Shown here: positions 49,497-62,107 of the stretch, one piece after another
Layout: each line of letters starts with the position of its first letter
Numbering within the stretch: the first letter of the stretch is position 1
NCBI RefSeq assembly: GCF_030684315.1
Contig: NC_081395.1
Location: 6,121,858 to 6,185,857, forward strand
Direction: 5' to 3'
DNA: 64,000 nucleotides
Source of the DNA: Stegostoma tigrinum
Lineage: Eukaryota
Position numbers and translations under genes: made by a program
Notes under the pieces: model-generated
What the model was told of the DNA's origin: nothing
Databases searched by the model: none
What the model saw: only the letters and a program-made list of their open reading frames with translations

Positions 49497-49694
49497 CTGA
49501 CAGCGGCAAACCAGCTCGGCGTCCTGCGCCAGCAGATCAACCACCTTTCCCTTGCCCTCGTCCCCCCACTGGGCACCCAGCACCACCGTCACCCGGTTAC
49601 CGAGCGGGTCTCCGCGCTCTCCCGGGGCGGCCCTGGACCGCTTGGGGCTCGGAGGAGCCGCCAAAGACCCACAGTCGCCGACCATCAGCGCCAT
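49497..49694 (-). CDS. ADSS: Adenylosuccinate synthetase exon 1 (coding part)
   Basis: MALMVGDCG...[35 protein letters not shown] (P-loop GDEGKG); donor CAG|GTGAGA; 198 bp. The 13 exons sum to 1386 nt = 461 aa + stop. Confidence 0.95.
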
Positions 49695-49699
49695 TCACC

Positions 49700-50300
49700 G
49701 GCGAAGGGAGACGGTGGGGTGGGGGGGTGAGCAAGAGGGTAGACAGTGCGCATGCTCTGTCCTCCCCCTTGCAGCGGGTGCCGAGGCGCTGCGCATGCGC
49801 TGCTCCCCGCGCGGCACACCAGGCCGGGAAACCCCTCGTCGCACGGGAAGTAGAAGAGTTAGTGCGCATGCTTCGCGCACGCCCCCGACTACATACCGGG
49901 AAAACGAGGCGGAGAGCTGGATGAACACAGCAGCCCGAGCAGGAAGGCTGACGTTTCAGGCCTAGACCCTTCTTCCTACTATCTCTACATAGCGGGAAAC
50001 CCCGCCTCTCCCTTTTCACAGCGGATTCGCTGGGTGAGAAGGGAGTCAGTGCGCAAGCGCCGTCCCGCCCCCGCCTGGCAAGGAAACCCCGCCCCTCCCT
50101 TGGCCGAATTTGGGTGTGGGGAGGGGACAGTGGTGTCAGTGCGCATGCTTCGCGCGCCTGCCGCAGCCCTTCCCCCTCCGCCCGGGGCGAAACCCCGCCC
50201 CTTTTCACAGCGGTGTTTGACGGGGGGGGGTGGAACGAGTAGAATGGAGTCAGTGCGCATGCTCCTCCCCCTCCGCACCTGCGCGGGATTGGGGCAGAAG
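49700..50300 (-). promoter_or_regulatory. CpG-island promoter of ADSS with six NRF1-like motifs and GC boxes
   Basis: TGCGCA(T/A)GC at about 49747, 49790, 49863, 50050, 50140 and 50254; ccccgcc boxes at about 50000, 50064, 50087 and 50193; CGGGAAGT at about 49845. Confidence 0.8.
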
Positions 50301-50616
50301 CCTGTAAATGCCCCCCCTAAGAGCAGAGGATTGCTCGTCCCTCCTTCGGGAGGGGGTATGCCATCGACAGCACCGTCCCTCAAAACGTAGAAGAAAGACA
50401 GAGGTTAGGGTGTGAGAATGTTACAGCCTTCAGGTGTTTGGGGGGGGCACCTTCAAACGAGACGTTCAGGCACCTGTACACAGCGAGGATCCTCGAGGTC
50501 CCCACCACTCCCCTGAGGCCTAATCTCTCAGAGCAATAAACAACCCGAGCAGGCCCTGTCTCTACAGAAGGTGCCGTGGAATCTGATGAGAATGGTGTGC
50601 AATCCCAGCACCAGCA

Positions 50617-50737
50617 GGGTCTAGGCCCGAAATGTCAGCTTTCGTGCGCCTAAGATGCTGCTTGGCCTGCTGTGTCCATCCAGCTCCACACTTTGTTATC
50701 CCAGGTTCTCCAGCATCTGCAGGTCCCATCATCTCTG
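50617..50737 (+). mobile_element. Single-arm family A mini-element with full tail
   Basis: agggtctaggcccgaaatgtcagc...ccagcatctgcaggtcccatcatctctg. Confidence 0.8.
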
Positions 50738-53034
50738 ACTAACAGATGCACACAGGCAATGCATAACATAGCAGAGCAATTGGCCATTAAGCCCATTAAG
50801 TTTATGTTGGCCCCTTTTTGATGAAGAACTCAACCCAATCACTACCGATTCCCAGATTCCCCATCAGAACTTACCCTTCCAGGTGTTTGTCTAATCCCCT
50901 AAATTCTGAGTGTATCGACCAAATCCGCTCTTTCTCAGTCTGCATACACCGTAAAGACAAGGAAGAGAGATGGATGTGGAAGAAATGGAAGATGGTTTAT
51001 ACTGGTGTGCAGTTACAGAGTTGTACATGGAAACAAACCTTTCAGTCCAAATTGGCCATGCCAACCAGTAACTCAAACTAATCTAGTCCTATTTGCCAGC
51101 ATTTGGCCTACATTACTCTAAACCCTTCAAACAAAACAAAAACAGTTGTGCCCCCCACAAGCTGGTTTTGTAATTTGGAGGTTTGAGTCAAGAAAGCGTG
51201 TTGGGGAAATTCCTGGAGTACTCAGGGAGACCTTGCAAGGGGGCCCCAAATTCAAGAGGGATGTGGAAAGATAAACAGGGGACATACTGTTACAGTCAGC
51301 CAAAGGATCGAGAACCAGAGCATGGTGATCACTAAAAATAGCAATGACCTCACAAGAAGGATCTTCTTGCCAGGTGTGTGGTTTGGATCTGGTACAAACT
51401 GCCCAAGAGTCCATGTGGTGGGGGAGCGCGGTTCATTTGGGGCTTTCCAGCTTGGGAAACTGAATTGGCTGAGTCATTCATGCAGAGAACCAGCAGGTAC
51501 ATGACAGAAGAATGGCCTCCTGCAGAGCAAAGATTCTGTGAGGATATCCTCCAGTCTTTAAATATGTTCATGGGCAAACTGTCTCATCTTCCAACAGCCA
51601 TCAACAATTTCCTTAAACCCAGTCTTTAGTTTGCCTTGTCGCCCTGTTGTAGGAAGGATATTAATAAGCTGGAGAGGGTTCAGAAGAGGTTTACCAGGAT
51701 TTTGCCAGGACTGGAGATTTTGAGTTATGAAGAGAGGCTGGATAGGCTGAGGCTTTTTTCATTAGATTGTAGGAGGCTAAGTAAAAATGATAACCATGTA
51801 GTACAACAATCAGAACTTATATTTATATGGCATCTTAAATGTAATAAAACAATCCAAGGGCCCTTCAAAGAGCATTGTAAAACATCAAGACACCTTAGCA
51901 GATAGATATAAGGAAACTTGGTAAAAGAGGTGGGTTACAAGAGGTATCAAATGAACCTAAGAAGGTAGAGAGATTTAGGGAAGGAATTTCAGACCCCTAT
52001 GCAGGAGGTTATGGAGATAAGGAGGACTGTACAGGCTGAAGGAGGTTACTCAGCTATGGAGGGGTGTAAGGGCTGAAGGAGGTTACAAAGATAGGAAGGC
52101 GTGTATAGTTTGGAGGAAGTTACAAAGATACAGAGGGATGGAGAGGCTGAAGGAGGTTTCAAAGACGGAGGAGTTTTAAAGGCTGAACAAGGTTACAGAC
52201 ATAGGGAAGGCTGTAGGGCCTGCAGGGGGTAGAGATTGGAAAAGGTTTGAGAGGGTGGTTTGGAGGGAGGGCTAATCCCAGTGAAGGTGACCATGACAAT
52301 TATTAGACCTATTTGGTTCACTAATGACCTCTTAGGGAAGAAAATCTGTCACCTTTACCCGGCCTGGCATACACATTATTGCAAGCCCATGACAATTTGA
52401 ATTGGCCCTCATGAGATGCTTAGTTCAAGGGCAATTAGGGCTGGGCAATATCCTTTGCCAGTGATTCCCATCTCTTTTAAAGTATTAACTTTTTAAAAAA
52501 ACTACCTGAAAGAATGCAAAGCAAGGGAGGTGGTCATTTGATCCATCCTGTCTCGTGGCATTGGCATGCATCTACTACCCTGATTCTTCTTGGAACTGGA
52601 GGTCATGGGATTGAAAGGCGCTGTCTAAGGAGCCAGTACATCTTGTATATGGTACACATTGCTGCAACTGACCAACAGTGTTGGAGGGAGTGAATATTAA
52701 AAGTGGTGGATAGACAAGTGGGCCGCTTTGTCCTGGATGACACTGAGATTCTTGAGTGTTGTTGGAGCTATACTCATCCAGGCGAATGTAGAGTGTCCCA
52801 TCGCACTGCTGCGTAGATGATGGACAGGCTTCAGGGCATTAGAATGGGAGTTACTGCAGGATTCCCAGCCTCAGACCAGCTCTTGGAGCCACTGTTTTCA
52901 TACGACTATTATCTTTTGTAATTCAAAAAAAAAAATTCAATTTCACTTGGTCTTAGAATCTTCTGTTTCAATTGAACCATTCCCAGTCTCATAGGAGTAG
53001 ATTAATGACTACTTTCCCTGCATCTTGGGGGAAA

Positions 53035-53412
53035 TGTCACGTAAAATGCTCTTTGCTGCTTTGACTGTGAAGATTTTGCATTTTTCTTGCATCTTTTGCT
53101 GCTTCACAACATCCAAAAGTTGCTTCTTGAATCATGATCAGCGATGTGATACAGCGGCCAATTTGTGCAAAGCAAACTCCCACAAGTAACATCAGAGACA
53201 GAACATCTCTGATTTTGGTGGTGTTGGTCGAATTAAATATTGGCCTCAGGACACTGGGAGAACCCCTCCACTGCCCATCACCCTGGCCTTCTTTCAACAG
53301 CACCGTGGGACCTTTTACGTTCACTTGATTAGAGGATTTGGGCAGCCTCAGTCTAGCATCTCATCTGAAAGACAGCACCTCCAACAATGCGACACTCCCT
53401 CACTACTGGCAT
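53035..53412 (-). mobile_element. Deu-domain SINE (SacSINE1/AmnSINE1-like) remnant
   Basis: gcaaactcccacaag...tctcatctgaaagacagcacctccaacaatgcgacactccctcactactg resembles the Deu core. Confidence 0.65.
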
Positions 53413-54614
53413 TAGCCTCAGCACCCCATGGTGATCGCTGTCTGATGTGTCCCACGAGAATATGGGGGCTTTAGGTGTAGCTGGGGAATCATCAAGTTAA
53501 ACAGTGATGCCCCCCTCAATCAGAGAGCAGTGGGATGTGAACCCTGCAGCGGTCAGGCCCCGTAACCAGAATGCTCCATTAAAATAGGAGACAGGTATTG
53601 CTACCTTGCAACTGAATGCTCATAATTATATCTAGTTTACAGTTTAGTAATAGACCATTCAGCCCATCATCCCCTGTGCCTGTGTTTATACTCCTACTAG
53701 CACTTCACCGTACCTTCTATTCCTTTCTCCCACTTTGTAGCCAGCTTGCCCCTTAAATTCATCCAGACTGTTCCCCTCGGCCACTCTGTGTGGGTACAGG
53801 TCCCACATTCTCCTCACACTCTCGGGCAAGACTTCTGCCCTGAAATCCCGATTGGATTTATTTCACAGTTTCACCTTCATGGACCAGGTGGACAGACCTC
53901 AACTATCGTTGGAAACATCCTCACTACGTTGATCCTGTTGAAACCCCTTCCTCATTTTTGGAGCTCTCTGCCATCTCACCCTTCAAGGGAAAAGAGCCCG
54001 GTTTGTTCAGTATTTCTTGACAGGTATAGCCTCTCAGATGTGGGATCTTCCTTGACATTCTGATGGAGATAATTGGGAAGGGTGGAAGTGTACCAAATTA
54101 AAAGTGTTTTGCCAAAAACACAAAGAGTGACTTGAAAAAGAAGGTTTTTCACACAGCCAGTGGTTTGGGTCTGGAATACATTGCCTGAGAGTGTGCTTAA
54201 AGCTCTCAAGAGGGAGAATTGGCTGGTTATCAGAAGAGAAACGGATTGGAAAGGCCGCAGGGAAAAGGTGGGAACAGGACTGGGCAGATCGCCCTTGAAG
54301 ATGGGCCAGCACGGAGACGAGGGGGTTGAATGGCCTCCTGCATCACTGTAACCGCTCGCTGATACGCAATCTACATTTCAGTCTGCCCCCAAAGTGGGAT
54401 TTAGGTCATCTTGAAGGCAGTGCATTCTGAAGGACAGGGAGATCTGTTAAATGAAATGTGACACTTGTCAAAGGGAGACAAAGGGTTAAAGACCCAGTCA
54501 GCAGATGTGGGCCAGACTGGGGAGAGGGAACACCCAGCTGAGAATTGAATCTTTGCCTGTCAGTGTTGTAGACTGGGACAGGGAGAGAGACAGAGAGAGA
54601 ACACACACAGAACG

Positions 54615-54922
54615 ATGGAGATTTCAAATAAGCTGCTGTCCGCACAGTGCTGCTCCTACTTACTGGCTCTGCTCTTCTCTCTGTTTGTGGTGGTGCCCCT
54701 GGCAGAGAACGGAAGAGAATTCAAAGGGAGATGCCTGCTCTTCAGCCGGGCCTTCTGGAGGGAGGAGAACAGCACCGGCTCGCTTATCAATCGTTTTGTG
54801 GTGGAGGAGTGGGGGCCCTCGGCTGCCTGCCAGTTCTGCACCTTTGTGGGATTCTTCACCCTCATCTTCTGCGCTGTGCAGGCCTGGAGGACTCTGTTCT
54901 ACCTCTGCAAAGGGCATGATGA
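54615..54922 (+). CDS. TMEM179: Transmembrane protein 179 (TMEM179/179A-type) coding exon 1
   Basis: AQCCSYLLALLFSLFVVVPLAENGREFKGRCLLF...EEWGPSAACQF...QAWRTLFYLCKGHD closely parallels recalled human TMEM179 (VVVPLSENGHDFRGRCLLF...WRTLFFLCKGH); donor GA|GTAAGT. Confidence 0.92.
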
Positions 54923-54954
54923 GTAAGTCTGAGCTCTCTCCCACCTCAAATTAG

Positions 54955-55545
54955 CCTTTTGCTGTTCTCCCTCCTCCCTTCTCCCACAGTATCTCTCCTT
55001 CCTCCCCCACCTCACTGCTACCACCTCTTCTTCCTCCCCCTCTCTCTTCTGTACTCTCCCTTCTCTTTCTCCCTCTCACTTCTGCCTTTACTCAGTGGTC
55101 CTCTTTCACTCTCTCCATTCATTCCTCTCTTTCCCTCACTACCTCCCATTCTCTGTTTCACCCTCCTTCCTTCCCTCCTTCTCCTTTCTGTCTCTCCCAT
55201 GTTTTCCTCTCAATTGTCTTCCTTCTATTTCCTTTCTCTCTCACTTCCGCCATTTCCCCCTCCTTTTCTCTCTTTCTCTCTACCCATCTGTACCTTTCTC
55301 CCACTCTTTATTTATCTCTCCCACCTTCCTTCTCTCTCTACCCTTTTTTGTTTCTCTATTTATTTCTCTTTCTCTATGTCCTCATCCTCCCACTCCTTCA
55401 TCTCACTACCCCTCCTCCCCCCCCTTTCTACCTTTTTTCTCTACGTCCATCTCTCCGTCTCTCCTCCTCTGTCTCTATCCCCCCTCTTTCCTTCTCCATC
55501 TCTTTCCCTCCTCCCTCTCTCTGCCTCTCCTTCCTCCCAGACTCT
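54955..55545. repeat. CT-rich low-complexity tract
   Basis: About 600 nt of almost pure pyrimidine on plus, at the start of TMEM179 intron 1. Confidence 0.85.
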
Positions 55546-57102
55546 TTTGGATCTGAGTCCAATGTGCTGTAACTGCCCCCAGCCCCAGGCCCTGACAGTG
55601 CTGTGCCAGCCAGGCTGATCTACCAGTGAGGGCAAGTCTGATCTTAGCCACCATGTTTCCTAATCAGACACACTCGCTCTTTTCAGGAAGGCTCTTTGTA
55701 GAGGGGAAGGAAGGAATGGGACAGTGTAATGACACCACCCAGCCAACCCTGGATAAACTTGCCCAGTGAGAATCTGGACTGGAGAAGGAGTTAGAATCCC
55801 AGCCTCTGTGACCTGACCTCCCACTGAGCCACAGCAACATCCAGAGTGATTTTATTTCCATTTGTTTCGGGAGAAGGCCATTCACCACCACCCCCCCCCC
55901 CCCAGACTTCCTGCACCTTCATTCATCCATTAGTCTGCCTCTGAAACCCCGTGTCACCCTGAACCTAACAAACAAACTTAAACCTATCCACCTCCATCTT
56001 GAAAGCTCCAGTTGCCCCCCCCCCCCCCCCCCCCCAACAACCTTCCCAATCTCGGGCTGCTTATTTTCAAGGGAGAGGGGGCTGAGGTAAAGATTCCAGA
56101 TTTCTCTTCTTGATGTGAGAAAATGCTTCTGGACCTCACCCCTGAATGGCCTGATTCAAATACTTCTCTCCGCTGCCCCCACTTTGATCCAGACTCTTTT
56201 CCCCCCACCGCCCCTGCCAAGAGACAAGCAGCTTCTCTGTCTCCCTGCCTTCTATTTCAAATCCTTTTCAAGGCCAGAGATGCAGTGATCGGATGGTCAT
56301 ATGAAATAGGAACCGGAATAGAGCAATTGGCCCAAGTGCCTGCTCTGTCGTTCCTAAGATCTGACTCGGTTTTGAATTCCTCATTCCCCAATGTCCTTTG
56401 ATCCCCTTGCCTGGCTAGAATCTATATAACCCTCGTCTTAAAAATGTCCAGTGACCCCCTCTATATCACGGCCAACACCTTCTGAAGCATACAGTTTCAA
56501 AGTCAACAGTCCTCTGAGAGAAAAATAAAAAAAACCTCCTATCTGCCCTGAAAGGGAGACACCTAATTTTATAACATTGCCCCCCTGGCTTATTCTAGAC
56601 TGACCCGCATCTTATATTCTTCTATTCTTTTTCACTCTTCTAAACTCCAGTGGAAATAAGCCCAGTCTGTCCATCCCATCCTCTTAAGACATTCATTCCA
56701 GGTATCAATCTAGTAAACCCTCTCCGAACTGCGCACTGCATTTACATCTTATAGTGACACTGAGTGAGTAATCAGGAGGCATAGGGAATCATTGGTTCAA
56801 ATCTCAAAATGGCAGCTGAGAGAATTTAAATTCTATGAATAAAATCTGGAATTAGAAGCTCGTCTCGGGGGCTGTGATAACTATCATTGATTGCTTAAAG
56901 CAAACCCATCTGGTTCACTAATGCATTTCAGACAAGGAAATCTGCCACCCTTACCTGGTCTGGCCTGTATGTGAGTCCGGACCCACTGCAATGTGGTTGG
57001 CTCTTAACTGCCCTCTGAAGGCAGCAGGACGGGTGATTAAGAACGTACATGGGATATTTGCTTTTATTGGTCTATGTATTGAATAGAAAAGCAAGGAGGC
57101 AT

Positions 57103-57325
57103 GAAAACAGAAATTGCTGGAGGAAATCAGCATGGCTGGGAGCATCTCTGGAGAGGGAAACAAGAACATTTCAGGCCTGGTGACCCTTCGTCACCTTGTC
57201 ACACACTGGAAGCATTAACTTCATTTCCTTTTCCAGAGATGCTGCGAGACCTGTGCAGTTTTTCCAGCAATTTCTGTTGTTGTGTGTTTCAGATCTCTAG
57301 CATCCACAGTTCTTTGATTTATTTT
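57103..57325. mobile_element. Fold-back mini-element (family B-like), diverged
   Basis: aacagaaattgctgga is the inverse of tccagcaatttctgtt; central catttcaggcctggtgacccttcgtca is a degenerate minus-strand core. Confidence 0.65.
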
Positions 57326-58119
57326 AGTGGTCACGATGGAGTTGTGAATAACATTTAATTAGGCCACAGCTGAAGTACTGTGTGCAGCTCTGGTCACCAC
57401 ACCATCAGAAGGATGTGATTGCTCAACACAGAGCGCAGAAGAGACGGGCGATAAATGTCGGCAGTAGTCAGCAATGCTCACATCCCACAGACGAATAGAA
57501 TAAAACCTTCCATCCCTAGACTTGAACATTTCCTCATGGGAGCTGGGTGTCGCTGGTCTTAGCAAAATATCTAGGCTTTTGAATCCAGATTTATTTTTAC
57601 TTGAATTTCCATTTCACCTGCTGCTATGATGGCATTTGAAACCATGTCCCAAGAGTATCATCCCAGGCCTCTGAATTACTAGTCCAGTGATATTACCACT
57701 ACATCAACTAGGCACCTCAGTGTAGCTCTGATGAAGAGTCATCTAGACTTGAAACTTTAGCTTGCTGTCTGACCCACTGCGGGGAGCCCCCGCATTGGCA
57801 AGGTGGAGACAATCTGTAAATGTGACAGAGCTGTGCCAATTATCCTTAATTGTGTTACACCGTCTCTATAACTTAGAATAATCTGGCGCTGCCGTCTGTC
57901 TGCCCGTCTCCCACAGTTACATTCAAGCCCAGACATCTATGGAAAGGGAGCATGCGGTGTCCCATCGATGCTCTCGATGCCTTTAGAGAGAGGTGGGCAC
58001 CGCAGGGATACAGTGCTTTATTACCCCAACTCCACTTTCATCTAGTCCCTTCCTGTACTCCCTCCCTCCATCCAGATGGTTGAGTCATTGAATGTGCTCA
58101 AGCCTGCATTAGACAATTA

Positions 58120-58690
58120 TATGAGGCGTTAGTAAGACCACGCCTGGAGTATTGGTTCCAGTTTTGGTCTCCTTACTGAGGAGGGATATGGTGGCAGTGG
58201 AGGTAGTTCAGCAGGTAGATTCCAGGGGTGAACGGGCTGTCGTACAACGAGGGGCTGAATAGTATGGGCTTATACTCGTTGGACTTCAGAAGAATGACGG
58301 GGGTAGGGGATATGATTGAGGTATTTAAAATGGTAAGGGGGATTTGTAAGGTGGATTTTGAAGAGGTGTTCCCTCTCATGGCACAGCCTCAAACAAGAGG
58401 TCATGGATATAGAGTGAGAGGGGCTAGGTTCAAAACTGAGATGCAGAGAAACTTCTACTGTCAAAGGGTTATGAATCTGTGGAACACACTGCTCCTGAGT
58501 GCAGTAGAGGCAGAATCAATCAACAGATTCAAGAAATAGTTAGATATGTTTCTGATGAAAAGTGGGATAAAGGGCTATGGGGAGCAGGCAGGAAAGTGGA
58601 GCTGAGACCAGGATAAGATCAGCCGTGGTCATGTTAAATGTTGGAGTGGGCTCGAAGGGCTGAATGGCCTACTGCTGCTCCTAATCCCTA
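58120..58690 (+). mobile_element. CR1 LINE 3' fragment
   Basis: LVRPRLEYWFQFWSPY...GLYSLDFRRM...TRGHGYRVRG...NLWNTL. Confidence 0.85.
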
Positions 58691-58787
58691 TTGCAGAGTT
58701 TTGGCGGATGAGAGGCTGGAGGGTTACTCGGGAGGGGGAGGTGCAGGTGGGAATAAGGGAACTGAGATCCCAATCCATTTGGACATG

Positions 58788-58974
58788 AGATAATGGGAAC
58801 TGCAGATGCTGGAGAATCCAAGATAATAAAGTGTGAAGCTGGATGAACACAGCAGGCCAAGCAGCATCTCAGGAGTACAAAAGTTGACGTTCTGATTAAG
58901 GGTCTAGGCCCGAAACGTCAGCTTTTGTGCTCCTGAGATGCTGCTTGGCCTGCTGGGTTCATCCAGCTTCACAC
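58788..58974. mobile_element. Fold-back family A mini-element with perfect 14-bp TSD
   Basis: tccatttggacatg at 58774-58787 and 58975-58988; core ctgattaagggtctaggcccgaaacgtc. Confidence 0.9.
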
Positions 58975-60365
58975 TCCATTTGGACATGTTTGAATTGACT
59001 GGCAGGGTGGAGTTTAAGGCATGTTCACATGATGTGCTCCCACTGGGGTTCTCACAGTTTGGATGCGAGGCTGCAGGCAGACAGTTTGTTCCCACCCACT
59101 ATGCGTCAGTGCTCAAGGCAGCTGCTTAATGACCAGAGGGATCTCCACTGCAGGATCTATTTGATTATTGTGACTAGCTCAGAGGCACAACCAATTAAAT
59201 CACAGGTCCAATTAGATTGCCTGCCCAAACATTAATTCTCATTCCATCCCGGAAATGGCTTGTTAATGAGCTCATTCCACACCCCGCCAACCTCTCTCTC
59301 CCTCCCTTCTTCCCACCCCACCGGAGTCCAGTTCTTTACTGCTTTGGCTCCTGTCACATCTTCTTTGACCTGATCCAACAACCCAACATTTGCTCTCAAC
59401 ATAGGCCAATGATGCCCACAGCATCACTATCCAGTGACTGAGCTGGTGGTACAGGTTGGAGCAGAATGTCCCTCGGGAACAATGGGAAGTCATTGGATTT
59501 GGTCCCTGCTCTAAACCGATTCCCCACTCCCTGGTAACAATCTGAGATTTAATTAGGTTCATCACAACCTCCAGGTCATCTTCCAGCCCAAGATCAGCTT
59601 CTGGCCTCATATTCACTCCATCTCCAGTCCCTACACCCCCGCCCTATCTCTGTAATCTCCTCCAGCCCCTACCTCCCTCCCTATCTCTGTAACCTCCTCC
59701 AGCCCCGACACTCCCTCTCTATCTCTGTCAGCTCCTCCAGCCCCTGCACCCCTCCTGATCTCTGTAACCTGCTGCAGACCTTACAACCTTCCGAGATCTC
59801 TGCGCTCTTCCAGTTCCAGCCTGTCGCACATGCCCCAAATTCCATTGGTCAGCTGTGCATTCAGTTGTGTGGAACACTAATTTCTGGAATTCCTTCTTTA
59901 AACCTTACACTACCTATCTCCTTCTTCTCCTGTAAGATGCTCCTTAAAATCCACCCCATTTTCCAAGCTTTGGCTCAATTGATTTAATGTCAACCTTTGC
60001 TTTATGTTGTGTTTGAGCGAGGTATCTTGTGTGTGTTTCATTTTGCCAAAGGTGCTATCCAAAGCTAAGTTGTTGTTGGACTGTGTGAATGTTGTTGGCT
60101 TTGTGCCCACAGTGTCTGGTGTTGGAGCCACCCTTTTGCAGGAAGGATGACTCTATCTAGTTAACGGGCCAGGAACCGGATACCAGATGTCTAAAATTAA
60201 ATCATTCTACAGTCAGCCCAAAGTGTCCAGCGAATGAACTATCTCAACTTCATCCTGAGATGCGGAGCTCAATAATTACAGCTCTCTGGTGTAAATGGAG
60301 AGGAGCATCCATGCTTTGGGATGGTTGTCACCCAGTTTGAGCTCACACACCAGCCTCAAGAGAGA

Positions 60366-60462
60366 TTTTCTGATGAAGGGCCTAGGGCTGAAATGTCAGC
60401 TTTCCTGCTCCTCTGATGCTGCTTGGCCTGCTGTGTTCATCCAGCTCTACTCCTTGTTATCT
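60366..60462 (+). mobile_element. Single-arm family A mini-element with probable TSD
   Basis: ctgatgaagggcctagggctgaaatgtcagc...ttgttatct; flanks cagcctcaagagaga / cagcctcagagaga. Confidence 0.75.
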
Positions 60463-60698
60463 CAGCCTCAGAGAGAGGTTCGCTCACCACTTTGACTCAC
60501 CGGGCAGCAGTGCTGGAGTTGATATGGGTGGGCCTAGTTCGCACAAAATGGGCAGCAAGATAGTTTGGGGGGGGGGGGGGGCGGTGCGTGATGGTTGTGG
60601 TCTTTGGCCCGCATGAGGAGAGAGTCCACTCAGTGTTGAAGAGTCTGCATCACAATGTTAATGACGGAGATGCCTGTGCTTTATGTTCGCTCTTTCAG

Positions 60699-60836
60699 CA
60701 CGTTCTTCTCGGCTTTTCTGAACCTGCTGCTGAGCTGCTCGGTGTTGTTCCTTACCATTGTAGCCTGTGTGATGATCAGCGTGGGTTTCAACATCTGGTG
60801 TGATGTGGTCACCAACCACGGCAGTATGCCCATGAG
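60699..60836 (+). CDS. TMEM179: TMEM179 coding exon 2 (gene continues beyond the window or in the gap)
   Basis: tctttcag|C...TFFSAFLNLLLSCSVLFLTIVACVMISVGFNIWCDVVTNHGSMPM; donor AG|GTGAGT; 138 bp; phase matches exon 1. Confidence 0.92.
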
Positions 60837-61888
60837 GTGAGTCCGTGATTTCACAGCCCCGTTCACCATCCAACTTCCCACACTGCAAAAGACCTGCACC
60901 AAACAGCCTCCCTCTTTCTGAACGTAACCACCAAAAACCCACAGCACAGAAGGAGTCCCTGTAATAATATGCGCAAGGCTAATTCCTGGTTCCTGTTGTC
61001 AATTGGTTTGTAATAATATATCTATTTCCATACTGCTGCACACAATGGTTAAATGCAGAATGATGGCTGCAAGACAGTAACACAATTAATTTCAAGTAGC
61101 TGTAGCTGTAATATGTGTTTTGTTTGTAACTGATTTGATTCCAAGATTACAGAAGGACCTATCACAATATTTGCTGGAAAGTAATAGGTCATACTTTCTG
61201 AGGCGTGGCAATCTTACACAAGTTGCCATCATCTCTGTGCTGAGTAAACTATCCACATGTTCAAATTCCATTTACCAGCACTCGGTCCGTAGCCTCATAG
61301 GTTCCAGCCCTTCAGAGACAGACCCAGGTTCATTTTTAAATGAGGTGAAGGGTTTCTGCCTCAAACACCGAACTGAGAGGTGAATTCTAGACACCCACCA
61401 GCCTCTGAGTGAAAAGGTTTTTCCTCATATCCTTTCCTTCTGCCAGCCACTCGCCTGCCCACTCTACCCAAGCCCCTCATTATGTCTTATACCTTAATTA
61501 AGCCCTTCAGCATCCTCTATTCTAAGGAAATGACCCAAACCTATCCAATCTCTCCTCACAGCTTCAATTTTCAAACCCTGGCAACAGAAGGCAAGGCTAG
61601 TGATATTATCACTGGACTGTCAATCAGGGATCTTTTTGTAATCTTAGATAAACTTCCTCAATGTCCAGTCTTACCACGAATTTCGGTGTTTTTCTAATCA
61701 TGCTTTCCATATTCTCATCTAAATCATTTATATAAATTACATAGAAAAATGGACCCAGCACTGATCCCTGTTGAACTCCAGTTGTCACAGACTTCCAACC
61801 TGAAAAACAGCCCTCCGTCACCACGCTCTGTCTCTTGCTGTTAAGCCAGTTTTGTATCCAATTTGAATCCCACCATCAGTCTTCTCTG

Positions 61889-62107
61889 GTAACAAAGTGT
61901 GGAGCTGGATGAACACAGCAGGCCAAGCAGCATCTCAGGAGCACAAAAGCTGATGATTCGGGCCTAGACCGATCAGAAAAGATGAAGGGTCTAGGCCCAA
62001 AACGTCAGCTTTTGTGCTCCTGAGATGCTGCTTGGCCTGCTGTGTTCATCCAACTCCACACTTTGTTATCTTGGATTCTCCAGCATCTGCAGTTCCCATT
62101 ATCTCTG
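61889..62107. mobile_element. Fold-back family A mini-element with perfect 14-bp TSD
   Basis: atcagtcttctctg at 61875-61888 and 62108-62121; about 80-bp inverted arms; 38-nt tail. Confidence 0.9.

Noticed and set aside
54959-55618. 219-aa hydrophobic ORF as a membrane protein
   Set aside because: Translation of an intronic CT-rich tract.
54615-60836. Calling the gene TMEM179B because human ZBTB3 lies near TMEM179B
   Set aside because: The sequence follows TMEM179 (VVVPL.ENG..F.GRCLLF; FFSAFLNLL), not the recalled TMEM179B N-terminus.
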